DNA of 61,953 nt from a virus (taxonomy: Duplodnaviria > Caudoviricetes): IMG/VR virus record IMGVR_UViG_3300021197_001137, positions 1 to 61,953 of that record; one strand, written 5' to 3'. A program made the translations under genes and the position numbers. The notes under the pieces are model-generated. The model was not told the DNA's origin. It ran no database searches and saw nothing but the letters and a program-made list of their open reading frames with translations. Numbering within the stretch: position 1 is the stretch's first letter; each line of letters begins with the position of its first letter. This document shows positions 56,937 through 61,953 of this stretch, in pieces.

Positions 56937-57275
56937 ATGGCAAACGAAAATTTTAGACAGCAAACAGCGCTCGGTTTAACTAATGGAACTTGTGCAAATT
57001 GCGGCGGAACGCAGCCTGCTTATTATGAAGTTAATTTATGCGGGGGCTTAGGCAATAACAAAATTGTTTCAGGAACACAGGGGTTTTCTGGCGGAAGTTT
57101 GCAAACAATGAGCAACACTTACTCGGTGGGAGACTTTGTTTGTGTGACAACTAGCTCTTCTGGGGCGAGAATAAGAGCAGAAATTATAAGTACTACATCA
57201 ATAGGGGTTATTCAATATTATATTGATTTTGGACAACCCACAGCAAATAGTTGCATGGCATGTTTCCAACCTTAA
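56937..57275 (+). CDS. Small Cys-rich hypothetical protein
   Basis: ORF track. Confidence 0.6.
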   Translation: MANENFRQQTALGLTNGTCANCGGTQPAYYEVNLCGGLGNNKIVSGTQGFSGGSLQTMSNTYSVGDFVCVTTSSSGARIRAEIISTTSIGVIQYYIDFGQPTANSCMACFQP

Positions 57276-57287
57276 AAAAATTAACAT

Positions 57288-57617
57288 ATGGCTATATTTA
57301 ATATAGAATTCACAAATCCACTTCCTCAAGGAATACAAGTAGGTCATATAGCTTGGTATCTAGATGCTTCTGAAGGAGTAGAAGTACAAATGGGACCAAT
57401 CGTGGCTATAGGGGTAAACCCTATACAAATAGTAGTAGATGCGCCCGACGGGGTATCACCTCCTGATTCTACAGATTTTATATTTTATGCTATAAATCCG
57501 ATAGGAGAAGTTGGATCATTAAAAGGGTATTTTGCTGAGGCACAATTTACAAACGATTCATTAGAATATGCTGAGTTATTTTCTACCGCTTCGGAGGTAT
57601 TTGAAAGTAGTAAATAA
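57288..57617 (+). CDS. Hypothetical tail-module protein
   Basis: ORF track; SLKGYFAEAQF..AELFS..SEVFESSK. Confidence 0.7.
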   Translation: MAIFNIEFTNPLPQGIQVGHIAWYLDASEGVEVQMGPIVAIGVNPIQIVVDAPDGVSPPDSTDFIFYAINPIGEVGSLKGYFAEAQFTNDSLEYAELFSTASEVFESSK

Positions 57618-57650
57618 TACGTAATAATAAAACTATAAAAACTTAATATA

Positions 57651-58310
57651 ATGATAGGACAGATAGTAGGCGGGTTAACTGGTATTGCTAGCGGTATAAT
57701 CGGCTCTGGTAAAAGAAAAAGAGAGCAAAGAAGAGCTCAAGCGGAGTTTAACAGGAACAAGGCCGCATTTCAAAACTTAGATACATCCAATGTGTACACA
57801 AATATGCAGAACACTATGGAGGATCTTACGGTTAACCAAGAAGCTGCACAATTTCAAGCTCAGCAGGCTAATCAAGGCTTAGCTAATATAATGGGTAATC
57901 TACAAGGATCAGCTGGGGGATCAGGTATTGCAGCTTTAGCTCAATCGCTAGCCGGGCAGCAGGCTCAACAGGTTAAACAAGCCTCTATTGATATTGGTAG
58001 ACAAGAACAATCAAACCAAATGGCTGAAAGACAGCAAGCGTCTAATTTACAATTATACGAGAAAAAAGGAGAATTAATATCTAGAGACGCTGAAAGAGAA
58101 AAAGCAAGTACGCTATTAGGTATGTCTCAACAAAGACTAGGAGCTGCTAATAAAGCCAGACAAGATGCTACAAATGCAATTGTTGGCGGTATTGGCGGTG
58201 TAGTAGGAGGAGTAGCAGGTGCTGCAACCATGGGAGGCGGCGGAAGTATGCTCGGAGGTAATGGATTTGGACAAAACCTATTGAGTGGTTTAGGTTTAGG
58301 TCAAGGCTAA
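57651..58310 (+). CDS. Internal virion/ejection (pilot-like) protein
   Basis: Gly-rich hydrophobic termini and Gln/Ala coiled coil; first of three ejection-type genes. Confidence 0.65.
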   Translation: MIGQIVGGLTGIASGIIGSGKRKREQRRAQAEFNRNKAAFQNLDTSNVYTNMQNTMEDLTVNQEAAQFQAQQANQGLANIMGNLQGSAGGSGIAALAQSLAGQQAQQVKQASIDIGRQEQSNQMAERQQASNLQLYEKKGELISRDAEREKASTLLGMSQQRLGAANKARQDATNAIVGGIGGVVGGVAGAATMGGGGSMLGGNGFGQNLLSGLGLGQG

Positions 58311-58322
58311 AATAATAATAAT

Positions 58323-59699
58323 ATGGCAGACAACGCATTAATTAAAGGAGCCGCTCTTGTTGGAGCGAGTAAACAATCCACCTGGGGAGACGCTTTTCAA
58401 AAAAGTCTTGCCTCGACTATGGCTGTAGGAGCTAAGCAAATGGCTATAAAGCAGGCAAAAAAAGCAGCTATAAACAACAAAGTAGCTAATTATATAGAAT
58501 CTTTAAACTCTGAGTTTGACGTTACACAATTAGACCCTACACAACAAAGTGCTGTAACAAATTATCTGGTACAACAGAAAAGAATTTATGCAGATACCGC
58601 TATGAGAGTATCTAATCTAGAGCCGGATCACCCTATGTATATGGAAGGTGTGTCTCAACTAAACGAGATTAGAAATTCTTTTACAAACTTAGCAGCGGAA
58701 TTAAACACTTACAAAGAAGACAAGCTTAACTATGTTAAAGACTTCGATAACGGCATGCTTAGTGAAGGCAACAATATAGGCACGTTAGGTTCCGCATCTA
58801 ATATATATACAGGGGAAAGCACTTTGGGTATTGGTAAAGGTGGAGCTTTAAACTTTTGGAATGAAGACGGTGGCGAGTTTAAATCTTATCGTCAAACAAA
58901 AAAGCCTTTTCTTAAAGACTTCGATGGTGCTAATAAGATCATGCAGATAAACGAAAATGTTTATAATTCAGGTAAAGTTTTACAGGGCGCCCGTAAGAAC
59001 ATGATACGCCAGCAGGTTAGCCAACTAATTACACAAGGAGGTAGAAATAGCTTATTGTCACTTGCATCGGATGACTTTGTTGTACAGGGTGGATTGAATT
59101 TAGAAGATCCGTCTTTATTTGAACCCGAAAACGAAGACTTATTAAGAGAGGAAGTTCTTAATAGTTATATGAATGCTTTTGTAGATTCATCTATTCAAGG
59201 AGCAAACGACAAGAGACCATCTAGCCGTAGAGGTACTGGTGGATATAGTGGTGCCTTGAGAGACGAAATAAACTTAGGCCAACCAAGAGCCCAAGAAGCT
59301 TTAGATCTTTCACAGTCAACCGCAGGAGATGCTACTTCTATAGCCAGAGCAGCTAACAGTTTAGACCCTACTGATAAAAATATAAAATATAAAAGTAGAG
59401 CAGAGTTTTACGAAGAGTACTTAGCGGGTCAAGACGAAAAAGACAGTGAAGAAGCACAAAAGAAATTTACAGAAATGTATGGCGATTCACAGATGTTTAG
59501 ATACAATTATACTAACCCTTCTTATTCTAGGGGTATATCTGTAGATGTAAACGACCCTTCATCTGTTTATAAATTTTATATACAAAACTCAAATTTCGGC
59601 AAAAAAGCAGAGGGTCATTTTATAAATTCCTATCCTTCAGGTAACAACAATAATGAAGCGCCGAAAAACACTAATACAGGATCCTTAGATAATCTTTAA
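58323..59699 (+). CDS. Internal virion/ejection protein
   Basis: Helical protein between the pilot-like gene and the giant protein. Confidence 0.6.
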   Translation: MADNALIKGAALVGASKQSTWGDAFQKSLASTMAVGAKQMAIKQAKKAAINNKVANYIESLNSEFDVTQLDPTQQSAVTNYLVQQKRIYADTAMRVSNLEPDHPMYMEGVSQLNEIRNSFTNLAAELNTYKEDKLNYVKDFDNGMLSEGNNIGTLGSASNIYTGESTLGIGKGGALNFWNEDGGEFKSYRQTKKPFLKDFDGANKIMQINENVYNSGKVLQGARKNMIRQQVSQLITQGGRNSLLSLASDDFVVQGGLNLEDPSLFEPENEDLLREEVLNSYMNAFVDSSIQGANDKRPSSRRGTGGYSGALRDEINLGQPRAQEALDLSQSTAGDATSIARAANSLDPTDKNIKYKSRAEFYEEYLAGQDEKDSEEAQKKFTEMYGDSQMFRYNYTNPSYSRGISVDVNDPSSVYKFYIQNSNFGKKAEGHFINSYPSGNNNNEAPKNTNTGSLDNL

Positions 59700-59703
59700 T
59701 TGA

Positions 59704-61953
59704 ATGGAAAAATTATTTGAAGCACTGCGAGACAGCGGTCAATATACTAAATCTTTCTCTGACTTTCAATCACAATTTGGTAGTCAAGAGGGCCAAGAAA
59801 AACTATACGGAGCTCTAAAAGAATCAGGAAGTTACACTAAAACATTTGGTGATTTTACTTCTCAATTTTTTAATACAGCAGAGCCAGTAAAGACAAACGA
59901 CTCTGCAAGTGCGGATCCAGCTGTGGAGTCAAACCAAAACGCTACGGGATCCAAATCGGAAGATGGTTCATTGGGGTCACAGCCTGAATTAACTACATGG
60001 CAAAGTATAAAAAATAGCCTTAGTAATGTTGCTGAAAATTTTGACGACGTACTTGAATTTTGGGGAGACGACGGGGGAAAAGATGCTGCAAAAGATATTG
60101 CAACAAATGCTATTTATTCCTCTATATTTGGACAAAAAAATTTAGAAAATAAAGATGCTTTTATCGGCGGGGATATTGGTGCTGAAAATACTTTAAATGC
60201 TTTAAAAAGGTACGAGGAAGACCAAAAAGAAATGAAGCAAACTAAAGGCATAATCGAATCTTATAATAAAGGTGATTATGGTGGCATGGTTGCTGGTGCT
60301 GTAAACGCTGTTACCAACGGTTTCGGGAGCATGGTTTACGGGATAGGAACAGGATTTATGGGCTATATGGCTGATTTTACAGCAAGAAATTATGCCGAAT
60401 ACAACAAACAAAAAGCTGAAAATTTAGGTATTTCATTAGAGGAGCTTGTTAAAAGTGGCGAGGCTGAAACTGTTGTTCCAGTTGCTTTAGGCACTGCTAA
60501 TATGGCAGCAGAAGTTATAGGTGATGCAATGGTGGCCGCGGCAGTAGTTGGGACTAGGGGTAAAATTAAAGGTCCGGCGGCATTTGCAGTTAGAAAACTT
60601 CCTAAGCAATTGCTTAACAAAATAATGTACAATAAAAAAGCGAAAGCAGCTTTAACTATATTTGGAACGGGGGTTGGCGAATTTGCAACAGAGATAACAC
60701 AACACGGTACTGACGCTGTAAATGACGAATTAGGTAGAGTTGCAGGTACTAAAGAGAATTCTAAAGCAATTGAAGCGTTCTACAATGCTATTACTAGCGA
60801 AGAAGGTTTAGAAGCGGGATTACAAGGATTAGTAGGAGCTGGCGGTATGGTCGGTGGATCATATAGTATTAAAGCTATGAACTCAGTTAGGCAAACCGTT
60901 GATGGCGATATGCTAGATAAAAACCTAGAGTCTTTATCGGCAAAGCAACTAGAGTTCGCTAAAGCTACAGACGAAACCGTTAAAGAAGGCATACAAGCTG
61001 AAATAGATGCTATAGAAGAAAATATAGCTAACCAAGTTATTAGAGGTAATAAAATATACAACAGTCTAACAAATGGGCAAATATCAGAGCTAGAAAGTTA
61101 TAGCGATCTTGCTGATGCAGCAGCTTATAAGATTACTGAATTAAATAAAAAACGTAGATTAAACCAAATATCTGAATCAGAATATAATGTAGCCAAACAA
61201 GGGTTTGAGTCTCAATATAACAGCGCAAAGCAAAGCATATCTGATATGAAGCTTAACGAAAATATTGATTTCTTAAAAACAACTGTTAAAAAAGAAGGCT
61301 TCGCTAAGGACATAGAAGCAACTGTGCTTAATTCTACTCTAGAAACTAAAGCAGCAATGGAAAACCTGAGTGAGGTTGACAAAGCTAATAAGCAGGAGTA
61401 TTTTGACAGCGCTGGTAATGTAGCAGGATTTACTGTGGGTGGCAAAATTTTTGTTAACAAAGAGGCCGCTAGAAATACGGGACAAATTAATGTAGCTAAG
61501 CATGAATTTTTACATAAAATAATAAATGCTAAAGTAGGCGGAGTTAAAGCGCAGGAAGCTATGGTTAAGGGTCTGCGTAGAGCATTGAGTTCTAAACAAA
61601 GAAAAATAGTAGATCAAGCTTTATTGAATAGAGATTACAAGACAAAACAAGAGTTTAACACAGAGTATGTGCAGGTTCTTTCAGATTTAATAGCAACTGA
61701 AAAAATATCTTTTGAAAAATCCGCGCTAGGAAAGATGGGGGATGCAATAAAAAGGTTTTTTGTTGGTAATGGTTTTGAAAAAATAAGTTTTGAAGACAGT
61801 AAAGGTGTATTAAACTTTATTAAAGATTATAGCAAAAATACAAAAGAATTAAGCACTGAAGCCAAGCAAGCGATAGGAGACACTAATCTTGCAGAAGAAG
61901 GTAACTTGCAGTTTTCTAAAACTCAATTAGAAAATACTAAAAAGAAATTAAGC
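59704..61953 (+). CDS. N-terminal part of giant putative virion polyprotein with zincin metallopeptidase (continues at position 1)
   Basis: Absent from the ORF track because it has no stop in the window. ATG at 59704, 750 codons; GKIFVN..VAKHEFLHK (HExxH at 61501-61515); LQFSK at 61906-61920. Confidence 0.8.
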   Translation, partial: MEKLFEALRDSGQYTKSFSDFQSQFGSQEGQEKLYGALKESGSYTKTFGDFTSQFFNTAEPVKTNDSASADPAVESNQNATGSKSEDGSLGSQPELTTWQSIKNSLSNVAENFDDVLEFWGDDGGKDAAKDIATNAIYSSIFGQKNLENKDAFIGGDIGAENTLNALKRYEEDQKEMKQTKGIIESYNKGDYGGMVAGAVNAVTNGFGSMVYGIGTGFMGYMADFTARNYAEYNKQKAENLGISLEELVKSGEAETVVPVALGTANMAAEVIGDAMVAAAVVGTRGKIKGPAAFAVRKLPKQLLNKIMYNKKAKAALTIFGTGVGEFATEITQHGTDAVNDELGRVAGTKENSKAIEAFYNAITSEEGLEAGLQGLVGAGGMVGGSYSIKAMNSVRQTVDGDMLDKNLESLSAKQLEFAKATDETVKEGIQAEIDAIEENIANQVIRGNKIYNSLTNGQISELESYSDLADAAAYKITELNKKRRLNQISESEYNVAKQGFESQYNSAKQSISDMKLNENIDFLKTTVKKEGFAKDIEATVLNSTLETKAAMENLSEVDKANKQEYFDSAGNVAGFTVGGKIFVNKEAARNTGQINVAKHEFLHKIINAKVGGVKAQEAMVKGLRRALSSKQRKIVDQALLNRDYKTKQEFNTEYVQVLSDLIATEKISFEKSALGKMGDAIKRFFVGNGFEKISFEDSKGVLNFIKDYSKNTKELSTEAKQAIGDTNLAEEGNLQFSKTQLENTKKKLS

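Noticed and set aside
750-61460. Numerous antisense or alternate-frame ORFs nested in long genes (e.g. 6408-6803, 27172-27666, 39761-40393, 60202-61460)
   Set aside because: They are shadows of well-supported genes, with no motifs or leaders of their own.

Overview
The window is most likely a complete, circularly permuted ~62 kb lytic tailed-phage genome. The last ORF (59704-61953, exactly 750 codons, no stop seen) reads in frame into position 1 and on to 4860. The host is probably a marine Bacteroidota/Flavobacteriaceae member, inferred from A-rich leaders without Shine-Dalgarno sites and a crAss-like podovirus structural module. Two divergent arms meet at ~24.4-24.7 kb. The minus arm carries small early genes, structured RNAs, a sigma factor, ERF/RecE-like recombination genes, SSB, primase-helicase, ThyA, MazG, a resolvase and NrdAB. 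The plus arm carries tail fibres, GroEL/GroES, Lys-rich proteins, terminase, portal, scaffold, capsid, tail, ejection proteins and lysis genes. No DNA polymerase, RNA polymerase or integrase was recognised. Highlights: (1) a ~2369-aa putative virion polyprotein with its own HExxH zincin and five [LIV]QFSK motifs that delimit sigma-like, PD-(D/E)XK nuclease and HAD-phosphatase modules; (2) ten copies of a rigid non-canonical early-promoter motif; (3) a promoter-driven array of structured RNAs ending in a ~149-nt mini-tmRNA-like RNA with a G3·U70 Ala acceptor and a candidate degron-less tag; (4) a second structured-RNA cluster, three 47-48 bp palindromic sites and a polarised GTGTATAGCA motif. 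All calls come from motif recognition by eye; no database searches were run.
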